This document shows, one piece after another, positions 15,808-24,619 of a DNA stretch of 34,377 nt. Under the pieces are notes generated by a model. The model saw nothing but the letters and a program-made list of their open reading frames with translations. It searched no databases and was not told the DNA's origin. Every line of letters starts with the position of its first letter. The first letter of the stretch is position 1. The stretch lies in assembly GCA_002505935.1 (NCBI GenBank), contig DAWL01000084.1:1-34377 (forward strand), written 5' to 3'. The position numbers and the translations under genes were made by a program. Source of the DNA: Euryarchaeota archaeon UBA226. GTDB taxonomy: Archaea; Thermoplasmatota; Poseidoniia; Poseidoniales; Poseidoniaceae.

Positions 15808-17532
15808 TTACCCGTGGCAGATGAACAATCCGTTCTCTTCCTTACGAGCATAACCGATACGCTCGAGTTGTAGTAGTGTCCCATTTGGATGGTTATTGTT
15901 TTCAAACAAGACCACCTCTTTCTTGAGTTCACCATTTTCGACCGAGTGCAATATGGTTTCATGGCCTGTAGGTAGCCAGTGGATGATGCTGCTGCCAGTT
16001 TCAGGCTCTAAGGATAGAATTTCAGCGCGTCCGTCACCATGTAATCTTACGTCCGCTAAGTCCTTCAATCTAACAAGTCCATCTTTTTGCATTGCCATTT
16101 GTAGGTCTGCCTCTTCGATGAACACTGTTAGTTCAGATATATCGAAAACCCGCTTTTCAAAGTCATCGTGTTCAGGATGTGCTGCGATGTTCAACGTTGT
16201 AGGTATTGCAACAGATTTGCGATCTAGAGTGAATTCCACAGGCTTTCTAATCGCCGATGTCCTTGGGCATTTTAGATCGATCACCTTGGTATTATGCGAG
16301 TGCAATGTTGACAGTGCGGCTTTGATGTCCTTTTGGGTCAGGCTCAATTCTAACCAGAATGATCGTAGTGCTTCGGCACTGATTCCCTTTCTCCTTAGTG
16401 CGGCGATGGTTGGTAAGCGGATATCATCCCATCCCTCGTATTCGCCTGACTCTATATCTTGCCTCATTCCTGATGTGGAGAAAGAACCGAATTCGTGTAC
16501 CTTTACTCTACCCCAGTAGATAGTTTCAGGATATTTCCAGTCAAAGTGTTCGTATAGCAGAATCTGCTTACGGGTTGAATCCATCAAATCTTTACCTCTG
16601 ATGATGTGAGTAACCCCTTGCAAGTGGTCTTCAACTGCACTTTGGAAATCCAACAGTGGCCAAACGCGCCAGCGACTACCAATCTCTGATCTAGGGTGAG
16701 GATTCTTGTTTGTATCCTGTATTCTCAAGGCCGGCCAATCTCTGAGGGCAGGGTTGGCAAGTTGCATATCGGTCTTGACGCGAACTACTGCGTCTCCAGG
16801 TGCTAAAGTTCCATCATTCATCTGTCCCCAGAGTTCTAAGTTTCTTTCAAGGGGATTTTCCCGATGCGGGCATTCGGTCTTGTTGACTCGATGTTGCTTG
16901 AATTCTTCTGCACTACATTCGCAGACGTAAGATCCATCTTTGTGAAACAATTCTACGGCAAACTGGTGATAGATCTCTATACGGTCGCTGGCAATGATTA
17001 CTTCCGGTGTGATTCCACTCAACCAGATGAACTCCTCCTCAATCATCGAATATGCTTGTGGCAAGGGAGGTTTACGAACAGTATCGGTATCATCAAATCG
17101 AAGAATCATTCTGCCATCATATCTCTTAGCATATTCAGAATTGATTACCACGCCTCTGCTGTGTCCAAAAGAAAGAGGACCATTCGGGTTTGGGGCGAAG
17201 CGTAGAACTACTCCGCCCTGAACAGCATCAGGTAGTTCACTGAGACCGGACTTCCTTTCCTTGGTCTGCTTCACTAGAAGGTGTGGTGCTAATTCTTCGA
17301 TTTCCTTGCGAACCGCTTCCAATCCTTCTTCAGCAGCCTTTACATTAGCCATCTCAACCAATTCAGTGACTAAGGGGGCGACTTCTTTGCCATGTTTCCT
17401 TAGATCTTCGCGCTCAGCCATCAGCCTGCCGATGACGCTACCAGCCTGTCCTTTCCCCTCATACTGTAGCGCATTTTGCAAGCAGTAAGCCCTGATTAGA
17501 TCGATACTCTCGGCATCGAGTTGCAAGGACAT
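15808..17532 (-). CDS. gltX: glutamyl-tRNA synthetase, archaeal/eukaryal type
   Basis: VVLRFAPNPNGPLSFGHSRG (HIGH region), VTHIIRGKD, FSTSGMR. ATG at 17532 is chosen because the longer ORF (to 17679) would overlap the rnhB 3-prime end. Confidence 0.9.
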   Translation of the reverse strand: MSLQLDAESIDLIRAYCLQNALQYEGKGQAGSVIGRLMAEREDLRKHGKEVAPLVTELVEMANVKAAEEGLEAVRKEIEELAPHLLVKQTKERKSGLSELPDAVQGGVVLRFAPNPNGPLSFGHSRGVVINSEYAKRYDGRMILRFDDTDTVRKPPLPQAYSMIEEEFIWLSGITPEVIIASDRIEIYHQFAVELFHKDGSYVCECSAEEFKQHRVNKTECPHRENPLERNLELWGQMNDGTLAPGDAVVRVKTDMQLANPALRDWPALRIQDTNKNPHPRSEIGSRWRVWPLLDFQSAVEDHLQGVTHIIRGKDLMDSTRKQILLYEHFDWKYPETIYWGRVKVHEFGSFSTSGMRQDIESGEYEGWDDIRLPTIAALRRKGISAEALRSFWLELSLTQKDIKAALSTLHSHNTKVIDLKCPRTSAIRKPVEFTLDRKSVAIPTTLNIAAHPEHDDFEKRVFDISELTVFIEEADLQMAMQKDGLVRLKDLADVRLHGDGRAEILSLEPETGSSIIHWLPTGHETILHSVENGELKKEVVLFENNNHPNGTLLQLERIGYARKEENGLFICHG

Positions 17533-17581
17533 GAGGTGTGCGCAGCGAATCCACCCCTTCAATGCGGTGGCTGTTAATTTC

Positions 17582-18316
17582 TCAAAACAGGGTTCTCTGT
17601 GCAGGTTCGGGCGCGCCATCATTGACAGGAGGCCTAGTAGGTGGACTTTGTCCGTATTCTTCGATACAGATGTCTTCACATGTCTTCCAGCGCCACCTGA
17701 TACAATCGTCAGGAATTCCGTCTACGATTAATCTCCTTACCGCTGCGCGTGTTGTTGGATCAGAAGGATATCCTGAACCCAATTCAAAACCTTTGATTTT
17801 GCTTAGTTTCTCAATCGCCTCATCCCTAGTTTGCTTGGCTAGAATACTGGCTGCAGCGACTACAGGATAGTTACTGTCTGCCTTGTGTTCACTGATGACC
17901 TGCCACTTCTCTTTAGGCCATTCTTTCATTCGAGCACATACATTGTCGGCAAATCTATTTTCATTGACATCGCAAGCATCCAATCTCAAAATTCCTGATT
18001 CTAATCCTCGAATTACAACGTCGCTACATAGTGCGAATAAATCGCATTCATGCTGATTCAAATCACTCCTCTGCATCGCATTATCTATGGCTGCTGCAGT
18101 AGATGTATGAATGTGAACCCTCCAGCCTCTAACTTCACTCTCCTTGAGTATCCATTCGGTCAACTCGAAACGACGTTCAGCAGTCAAGTCCTTTGAATCT
18201 CGTACCCCCGCTTGTTTGAGTAGTTCGACATCATTTTCTGGACAGGCAAATGCTGCTACCACCAAAGGGCCAATGACTGGCCCCCTGCCCGCTTCATCAA
18301 CACCAATTCTCCACAT
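17582..18316 (-). CDS. rnhB: ribonuclease HII
   Basis: MWRIGVDEAGRGPVIGPLVVAAF, DSKDLT, HKADSNYPVVAAASILAKQTRD. GAGG lies about 10 nt upstream of the ATG. Confidence 0.9.
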   Translation of the reverse strand: MWRIGVDEAGRGPVIGPLVVAAFACPENDVELLKQAGVRDSKDLTAERRFELTEWILKESEVRGWRVHIHTSTAAAIDNAMQRSDLNQHECDLFALCSDVVIRGLESGILRLDACDVNENRFADNVCARMKEWPKEKWQVISEHKADSNYPVVAAASILAKQTRDEAIEKLSKIKGFELGSGYPSDPTTRAAVRRLIVDGIPDDCIRWRWKTCEDICIEEYGQSPPTRPPVNDGAPEPAQRTLF

Positions 18317-18325
18317 ACTTTCGCC

Positions 18326-20815
18326 TCAGAGATCCAAATCATCCTCGGGTTCTTCTTCCCCGAGGATGTCATCCAAGTCGAAGCTCTTCTCCATCAATTT
18401 TCTCGGGTCTTTGCGAATGGTCCGTTCTGGTTGGATTGTAACCTCTGGAAGTGCAACATTGGAAGAATGTGGCTTAGCACCTCCTTTCTCAAATAGTTCA
18501 GTTGCCATTTCATCCATCTGTTCCAGTACGGATTTCTCATCATGGTGGTCAAGAACTGTAGTTGCAGCATCTACTAGTTCAGGTTTCACAGGTTCTGCTG
18601 CAGACTGTTTTCTTGGTCCACTCGTCAAGTTGAACGCAGCGACAAAATCCTGTGCATCAATACTAGGGCTGTCTGGTAGTTCCACAACCTTTTCTCCACT
18701 CTCTTCGAACTTTTCGGTTATCTCAGAGAAAGTTTCCTTTTTCTTCACGCTGGCAGCAAACAATTCCTTTCTTTCTTTGTCTTCAGCAATCATTCTACGC
18801 CTTCGTTTCATAGTCAAGTGTATGGCGATAGTTGCGAAAATTATTGCAAAGAGTGTATACGAATGTTTAGTCCATAACTCGTCGACAATTTCTATGACTG
18901 AGCTAAGGTCCAACCATGCTTCTTCCTCTTCCCCTTCAGTATCCTCCTGCCAAGGTGTACCAATCCAAGTACGGTTGGCTGAAGCAGATCTTTGGTCGCC
19001 ATCAGGGTCAGAAAAACTCCACATGCTGACGTTCATCCAAAGGGTTCCATTCAGCGGTTCTTCTACAGGGAGATGAGCCCAAGACCTGAAGGTCATGTTT
19101 TGCCCCGGTTGGAGGTCGAGAATCTGAAAGTCTCTCAATGGTTCAGCCTTCCAGTCAAATTCTGCATCATTGGGAGGAATCAATCCATGTCCTGTATAAT
19201 GGCTAACCGTCAAAACCACGATTAATCCGTCAACGCCGTTTCCCATATTTTTGACAGTACAAGATAGCGTCATATTTCCGCTAGCATCGACTTCATCCAC
19301 TACTTCCTCAAATACCCAGTTGGAGCGTAATGCAACACTCAAATTGATGCGTAATGTGTCGATAATACTTCCATCAGATTTCAACTTCAGCCTCCATAGA
19401 ACTTCACCTTCTGTGAATGCTTGTACATCTTGGTCAATACTAATGTCTATGTTTGGAATTTCTTGACTTTCACCTTTGGCCAGATTCAATTCGTTAGTGG
19501 AGATACTCAAATCCACCCATGAAGGTGTAACTGGTTGCAAAGTGAACGTTTCATCAAAATTACCGCTATTGGTTACCGTTATGCTACCTCGGCAGAAATC
19601 GCCTGGATCTAGTGATCGGCAATCGAAACCGGCGAAATCGATTTCTGCGGAACGATATACCGAGATGTTAGCAAATAAATCGACCGAAACTTGTCTTTGT
19701 GGGGCTGCTGGGCTGTAAGCGATGACCCTGATGCCAACGTTTCCTTCAGATTCATAGGGTGCTTGGAAAGAGAAGTCGATAGTCGCCGATTCGTTGACTC
19801 CAAGTAAGGAGGCATTGTATTCGCTGGCAATTCTTGCAGTCCAGCCTTCGTAGGACAGGATGTCAGAAGCATCCACTCCTTGGATGAGTTCACCATTCTC
19901 GTCCAAGGGCAACAATTCCAATTCTACTCTACTTTGTGAATTTCCAGAGTTCCTTACTGAGATTTGCATCTTTCCAGTTCCACCAGGTTCAATTTCAATT
20001 CCATCTGAAGCACTGTCTATGCTTGCATTATGGAATACCTTTGGAACTATGGAGAATGAATAAGTCGATATTTTAGAATCCAAACTTGAGATGGCTTCCA
20101 ACTTCCATGTTAGCCCCTGTCCTGCGATAGGCGTCCCATTGATTACAGGCGGCACCCAAACCGAGACGTTGACCCATCCTATTTGTCCAGGTTCTAACTG
20201 GATATTGCTGCCGATTGATGGTTCTGCAGGAAGATCCCACTCCATGTACCAGCCTACATCGCCGGTCAATCGTATGAGTGGTGTATCCGCTGAACTTCCG
20301 TTATTTGTTATGTTCACTGCAAAAGAGAAGGGGGTATCGGGATTCACATTGAAAGTTGATGAAGTACTGCCCCAATCGAGATTGCTTTGCAGATCTACAG
20401 AGAAGTTCAGAACATTGCTGAAAAATGGTTGGGATTCCCCATCCCTATGCCATTGTAAGTGCAATGTCTGCGGTCCTAGTGGGGCGTCTACTTCAGGTGT
20501 CAGTTCGAATACTAGTTGGCCAAGGTTTCCTGAAGGCATATCGATTGAATTGCTTGGCAATCCGGAGATTAGAACCTTGTCGAGGCTAGAGTTGCTGCTG
20601 ACATTGACGGTCATGTCTTCAACCAATTGATTGTGCCAGACCATCGATACTTCAGTAGTAAGTTGGCGATTCAGATGCACTATCCCAGGGTCAGAAACAC
20701 TGAATCCTGATTCGCGTCCTGATGCTCCATTCTCATGTAACGTAGTAAGCTCCGTTTTGCTGGCTAATGAAACACAAACTAATAGCATGGCTAGCGCCAA
20801 AGCAATGCGTTTCAT
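18326..20815 (-). CDS. large secreted, single-pass anchored envelope protein with CARDB-like repeats and an acidic cytoplasmic tail
   Basis: Signal peptide MKRIALALAMLLVCVSLASK. Repeated x-V-x-N-x-G-N strands (NITNNGSS, VRNSGNS, VTNSGNF, VKNMGNG). TM helix YTLFAIIFATIAIHLTM followed by KRRRR. Tail ends EEEPEDDLDL. Stop lies 9 nt upstream of the rnhB start. Confidence 0.8.
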   Translation of the reverse strand: MKRIALALAMLLVCVSLASKTELTTLHENGASGRESGFSVSDPGIVHLNRQLTTEVSMVWHNQLVEDMTVNVSSNSSLDKVLISGLPSNSIDMPSGNLGQLVFELTPEVDAPLGPQTLHLQWHRDGESQPFFSNVLNFSVDLQSNLDWGSTSSTFNVNPDTPFSFAVNITNNGSSADTPLIRLTGDVGWYMEWDLPAEPSIGSNIQLEPGQIGWVNVSVWVPPVINGTPIAGQGLTWKLEAISSLDSKISTYSFSIVPKVFHNASIDSASDGIEIEPGGTGKMQISVRNSGNSQSRVELELLPLDENGELIQGVDASDILSYEGWTARIASEYNASLLGVNESATIDFSFQAPYESEGNVGIRVIAYSPAAPQRQVSVDLFANISVYRSAEIDFAGFDCRSLDPGDFCRGSITVTNSGNFDETFTLQPVTPSWVDLSISTNELNLAKGESQEIPNIDISIDQDVQAFTEGEVLWRLKLKSDGSIIDTLRINLSVALRSNWVFEEVVDEVDASGNMTLSCTVKNMGNGVDGLIVVLTVSHYTGHGLIPPNDAEFDWKAEPLRDFQILDLQPGQNMTFRSWAHLPVEEPLNGTLWMNVSMWSFSDPDGDQRSASANRTWIGTPWQEDTEGEEEEAWLDLSSVIEIVDELWTKHSYTLFAIIFATIAIHLTMKRRRRMIAEDKERKELFAASVKKKETFSEITEKFEESGEKVVELPDSPSIDAQDFVAAFNLTSGPRKQSAAEPVKPELVDAATTVLDHHDEKSVLEQMDEMATELFEKGGAKPHSSNVALPEVTIQPERTIRKDPRKLMEKSFDLDDILGEEEPEDDLDL

Positions 20816-20912
20816 GCTTGTGCGTTCACCTCTTTACCTTCAATCATTTTCCCTTTTCGGGCTGAAATGTTTCAACAGCAACTATCATCCGTACCATCCC
20901 TTCTGGGGTTTC

Positions 20913-21236
20913 ATGACCCCCCCATGGCCATTCAAGAAGAAGGCGGCGCCTCAAGAAGAAACTGCTCAGCCAGTCGCATATGACAGGGGCCAAGGCGATG
21001 CCGCTACAACACTAAATGACAAATCACATGTGGAAAATCAAGATTTCAAGGCTGCAATGGCTGCTTTATCGACTCCACATCTTGGAACTAGTTCTGGGGA
21101 ACAGAAGAAACCTGATAGTGCAGAATATGTGCAATCAGGAGATGGATATTGGTACCTAAAGAAAGCGGATGGAAGTTATGACCCTACTCCCTACGTAAAA
21201 TCCGAAGATGGCAGTTTCACGCCGTACAGTGCCTGA
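20913..21236 (+). CDS. hypothetical small low-complexity protein
   Basis: Only the part of ORF 20631..21236 downstream of ATG 20913 is free of overlap with the 829-aa gene. C-terminus reads GDGYWYLKKADGSYDPTPYVKSEDGSFTPY. No recognised family. Confidence 0.35.
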   Translation: MTPPWPFKKKAAPQEETAQPVAYDRGQGDAATTLNDKSHVENQDFKAAMAALSTPHLGTSSGEQKKPDSAEYVQSGDGYWYLKKADGSYDPTPYVKSEDGSFTPYSA

Positions 21237-21240
21237 CATT

Positions 21241-22950
21241 TCAATGAACAGGATCTGGAATCAATCTCTGTAAGGCGTCGCAATCAAATTCCGCGCCGTG
21301 TAGTGGAACTTTCAAATCAAACATCTCTGCTATGGATGGATCGATTTCACCCATTTGCCCAACTTCTTCTCCAGAAATCACAATGCTACCCGAACGTCCT
21401 GCAAGCCAAGGGCCTTGTCCTTCAGGAACACTCCTCCACTCAACTTCAAGACCTGATGCATTAGCCCCAAGGTCCCTCAATAGAGCCTGAACCATACCCC
21501 TACCCATTGAGAATGAGGATGTAGTCTCAGCACAAAGCCAAGCAGCGCGGTTACAATTGTTGTGGTTGCGTACGCATATTCCTGTCTCGTATACTCTTTG
21601 AGGCAATTCATGACGGCGATTGGCTGCAAGTAAGCGCATTAGGCTGCCGAGTACTGATTGCCGCATCAGAGTGTGGTCGATGCTGATAGGATTCTTGATT
21701 CGAGTGACTTCTCCACTAGGTTCCCACCGCATTGCTTCGAATTGGTCATGTTCATTGGAAAGGGTCAGACTTTGCACCTGTTGCAGCCCCATCCCCTGTA
21801 GACATTCTCTTAACCGACGAATGAAATTCGCCTCACTTTTTGGTGTTGCAGAAGTAGGATGCGAGGGACTAGCGGTACCAAGGTTCTCATATCCGTGCCC
21901 AATGGCAATTTCCTCAACTAAATCGATGGGGTGTAACATGTCATATCTCCAACGAGGCATTTGAATCGTAATATTCTCCCCGTCTGCTTTGCCAAGATAT
22001 CGTCCACCCATTCTGGCTAGTGCTTTCTCGAGTTCAGCATCGCTGAAATCATGGCCTAGAATATCAGTGACTAGACTCAATGGCAATTCATGTTGTATCG
22101 CAGTTCCATCAGGAGTGGCCAAATCTTCGTTGAGACAGGAATTGACTGAAACTGATTCGATTGTGCCTCCATGACATGCTAATTGCAGGCAAATCAACAG
22201 TAGGCAGCATTCACAAGATCTCTCATCCCATCCAGTTACATCGATGAAGAAATCGGTGGTTGAGTGGCTGACAGTTGTATGGTCTCCATTGATTATTGGA
22301 GGAAATGACAATACTTTGTCATTGGAATCTAGAATGACTGGGAATCTAGTTTTGCCTTCTAGTAGATGGGCGTACTCTACGCCCTTTGGGTGCTTCTTGA
22401 GGATATCATCGATACTCATTTCCACTTGCATTTGGAGTGGAATGAATGAATGTTCTCCAGATACGCTTTTTACTCTGAATGGAGGAGATAGATTGGCTAA
22501 ATCATGCACCCCAATCGATGCTTTTGTTCTACCTCTCCCTAAAGCGAAATGCAGTTTTTCTTGATGGTCCATTAGAGACTTGATGAAACTCTCTTTCTGC
22601 TCACTATTCGAACCATTGTTTACCCCACGCACAACAGCACCGAGAATAACTGGTCTGATGTCCAATAGGGATTCGTCAACATCCATGTGGATTTCTCCTT
22701 TGGAAACGTCCAATTCTGGCTTGGCCTCGCTACCTTGCAAGAAAGGACCGATTGCACAGGCTAGAGTCTCGCAACTGAGCAGGTCCGGTCTATCGGGGAA
22801 TATCTCAATCTCCAACATCTCATCATCGCATCTATCCACGTCGGTTCCTAGAAGAGGTAAGTCCTCTGCTAATCTCTGAGGTTCATGTTGCAAACCTTTT
22901 GCTTCCAACACTCTGCGGAGGGCATCCTGTTCGATTTTTACGGTGGGCAT
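21241..22950 (-). CDS. pheT: phenylalanyl-tRNA synthetase beta subunit, archaeal type
   Basis: MPTVKIEQDALRRVL...LEIEIFPDRPDLLSCETLA N-terminus and 569-aa length are typical of archaeal PheT. GAGGTGA lies 5-11 nt upstream of the ATG. Confidence 0.9.
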   Translation of the reverse strand: MPTVKIEQDALRRVLEAKGLQHEPQRLAEDLPLLGTDVDRCDDEMLEIEIFPDRPDLLSCETLACAIGPFLQGSEAKPELDVSKGEIHMDVDESLLDIRPVILGAVVRGVNNGSNSEQKESFIKSLMDHQEKLHFALGRGRTKASIGVHDLANLSPPFRVKSVSGEHSFIPLQMQVEMSIDDILKKHPKGVEYAHLLEGKTRFPVILDSNDKVLSFPPIINGDHTTVSHSTTDFFIDVTGWDERSCECCLLLICLQLACHGGTIESVSVNSCLNEDLATPDGTAIQHELPLSLVTDILGHDFSDAELEKALARMGGRYLGKADGENITIQMPRWRYDMLHPIDLVEEIAIGHGYENLGTASPSHPTSATPKSEANFIRRLRECLQGMGLQQVQSLTLSNEHDQFEAMRWEPSGEVTRIKNPISIDHTLMRQSVLGSLMRLLAANRRHELPQRVYETGICVRNHNNCNRAAWLCAETTSSFSMGRGMVQALLRDLGANASGLEVEWRSVPEGQGPWLAGRSGSIVISGEEVGQMGEIDPSIAEMFDLKVPLHGAEFDCDALQRLIPDPVH

Positions 22951-22954
22951 TTAT

Positions 22955-22961
22955 TCACCTC
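22955..22961 (-). promoter_or_regulatory. Shine-Dalgarno-like site for pheT, overlapping the upstream stop codon
   Basis: Minus strand reads AGT TGA GGTGAATAA ATG. GAGGTGA is 5-11 nt upstream of the pheT ATG and shares its GA with the TGA stop of the GXGXG gene. Confidence 0.5.
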
Positions 22962-24519
22962 AACTTGCGAACCAGTGTGGCAATGGTCTTCCATATCCCG
23001 CTAGGCGAAGGCCACTGGTTGAAGCGGTTTCATAGTCTAATGCGCGTAGATGTTTCCGGGATAGATTGTCGACAGTCGACAATCCGAGATATACCAGCCA
23101 CCCATTTAGTCCTGCATGTAGTTCAGACAACCACTCTTCTATCGCTTCGGGAGAATCATCAGGAACTTGACAACTTAGGATATTCGAACCGGCGGCACAT
23201 GAGATGGCAAGATCGGCTGAATCTGCGCACCAATCAGATGCCATTCCGGAAAGAATGCCGTCAGTAGCTAATCCTTCAGAGGCGGCGGACCGTCCAACAA
23301 GTGGAAGTGCAGAAGCAGCACTTCTGCCGCTGGCATCTCCCAGTCTTGCTATTGCTGCATCTACCCCGCTACTAGCAGCTGCGCGATGCAATCTCTCAAC
23401 TTTGTCGACATCATCGATTAGAACCAATGGTGCCTCACTCCCCTGAAGTCCCTTGAGGGAGACTATCACTCCATCTAATTGCTGGGCATCATAAGTTGGT
23501 AGTGCTGCAAGGTCGAGAACTGCTCCTCCAGCATTCTTCAGGAGTTCAGGTGCTTGATTGATGTTGCTTGAATCCAAAAGTACTAAGTCGATATTTCGTG
23601 GATTTTCCAATACCATAAATGGCTGTGAAGAGATATAATCACCCTTCAACCCTTTACCGGATTTGCGCATGGGGAGTAGAGGTAAGGGTAATCCAACGGC
23701 ATCGGACTCGCCTCCTCTCTCGGCTAAGAGTACCAAAGTGTCTCTTTGAGCATGCGCTGGAGATTCCTCTTCTCCTGCATCTGCTAGGCCTATGCCGTTC
23801 CAGCCACCGCTTGCAACATTTGCGGGCGCAGTGGCCTTTACTCCACCATCAGATGCTGGACTTAGGCATACTGCATCATTAGGTACTTCGAGGGTCGAAT
23901 CTCCGATTTCCGCATTCAATTTCTTTGCTTCAGCAGCGCTCAATGTTGACATCTTCACGCCTTCGGGAGGGCTAGGACAACGGCCATTGATAATCACTCT
24001 ACCACCAGTCATCCCTACTCCCGGTTCACGACCGACATCGCCATGAACAACAATTGTGCCGCCGCTCATGCCAGCACCAGTTCTCCTGCCAGCATCTCCT
24101 CTGATCAATAAAATGCCTCCCGACATGCAGGATCCAGCATCGTCTTTTGCCCCGTCTCTGACGGTCACTCTGCCGGATGCCATACCGTGTGCTAAGAATG
24201 ATCCAACATCTCTTTCTGCCGAAATATTGCCGCCATTATTCCATGCCCCAAACAGGTCTCCTGCACTTCCTTCTAATGTGAAATGTCCACCACTAGCATA
24301 GGCCGCAACACAGTCGTTCAATGCACCTAGCATGCGCAGTCGTGCGCCTTCGGGTAAGCCGGGCGCTACTCCCATTTCACCCTGTTTTGGATTGGGCTCG
24401 CCATCTCTGCTCCATCCGACTTTCATTCCTTGATCCAATTGCAAAGCGCGCTCGACCAAACGCATGAGATCCTTGTTTAGTTGCAGGCTGCGAACCACAT
24501 CCTCCCGCATCTCGGCCAT
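22960..24519 (-). CDS. GXGXG-motif beta-helix protein (glutamate synthase alpha-subunit domain 3 / FwdC-like) with a divergent C-terminal domain
   Basis: GRVTVRDGAKDDAGSCMSGGILLIRGDAGRRTGAGMSGGTIVVHGDVGREPGVGMTGGRVIINGRC. The C-terminal ~270 aa loosely resemble the distal half of the GltB FMN barrel (GVDAAIARLGDASGRSAAS ; LATDGILSG ; IEEWLSELHAGLNGWLVYLGLSTVDNL). Confidence 0.7.
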   Translation of the reverse strand: MAEMREDVVRSLQLNKDLMRLVERALQLDQGMKVGWSRDGEPNPKQGEMGVAPGLPEGARLRMLGALNDCVAAYASGGHFTLEGSAGDLFGAWNNGGNISAERDVGSFLAHGMASGRVTVRDGAKDDAGSCMSGGILLIRGDAGRRTGAGMSGGTIVVHGDVGREPGVGMTGGRVIINGRCPSPPEGVKMSTLSAAEAKKLNAEIGDSTLEVPNDAVCLSPASDGGVKATAPANVASGGWNGIGLADAGEEESPAHAQRDTLVLLAERGGESDAVGLPLPLLPMRKSGKGLKGDYISSQPFMVLENPRNIDLVLLDSSNINQAPELLKNAGGAVLDLAALPTYDAQQLDGVIVSLKGLQGSEAPLVLIDDVDKVERLHRAAASSGVDAAIARLGDASGRSAASALPLVGRSAASEGLATDGILSGMASDWCADSADLAISCAAGSNILSCQVPDDSPEAIEEWLSELHAGLNGWLVYLGLSTVDNLSRKHLRALDYETASTSGLRLAGYGRPLPHWFAS

Positions 24520-24587
24520 ACTCGCGCCACCGCTTGGCAGTCTTCAATATGTCCACTTGAAATTTACTTGAATGGATGGATTCCGAG

Positions 24588-24595
24588 TTTAATGC
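24588..24595 (+). promoter_or_regulatory. candidate TATA-like box for gap
   Basis: TTTAATGC lies 25-32 nt upstream of ATG 24620. Confidence 0.3.
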
Positions 24596-24619
24596 TATAC
24601 TTGCAGGGCAGGAATATTC

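Noticed and set aside
15896-16519. 207-aa plus-strand ORF
   Set aside because: It is antisense to gltX, whose identity is secure. Shadow ORF.
17533-17679. N-terminal 49-codon extension of the gltX ORF
   Set aside because: It would overlap the rnhB 3-prime end by about 100 nt. The sequence MKTSVSKNTDKVHLL... has no GluRS similarity. ATG 17532 gives a normal-length enzyme and a 49-nt spacer.
18144-19076. 310-aa Ser-rich ORF on the plus strand
   Set aside because: It is entirely antisense to rnhB and the 3-prime part of the 829-aa gene, both of which have strong motif or architecture support. Its composition (poly-Ser, low complexity) is typical of a shadow frame.
20091-20912. Plus-strand ORFs 20091..20630 and the 5-prime part of 20631..21236
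   Set aside because: Both are antisense to the 829-aa envelope gene. Only the portion downstream of ATG 20913 is free of overlap, and that is kept as a low-confidence CDS.
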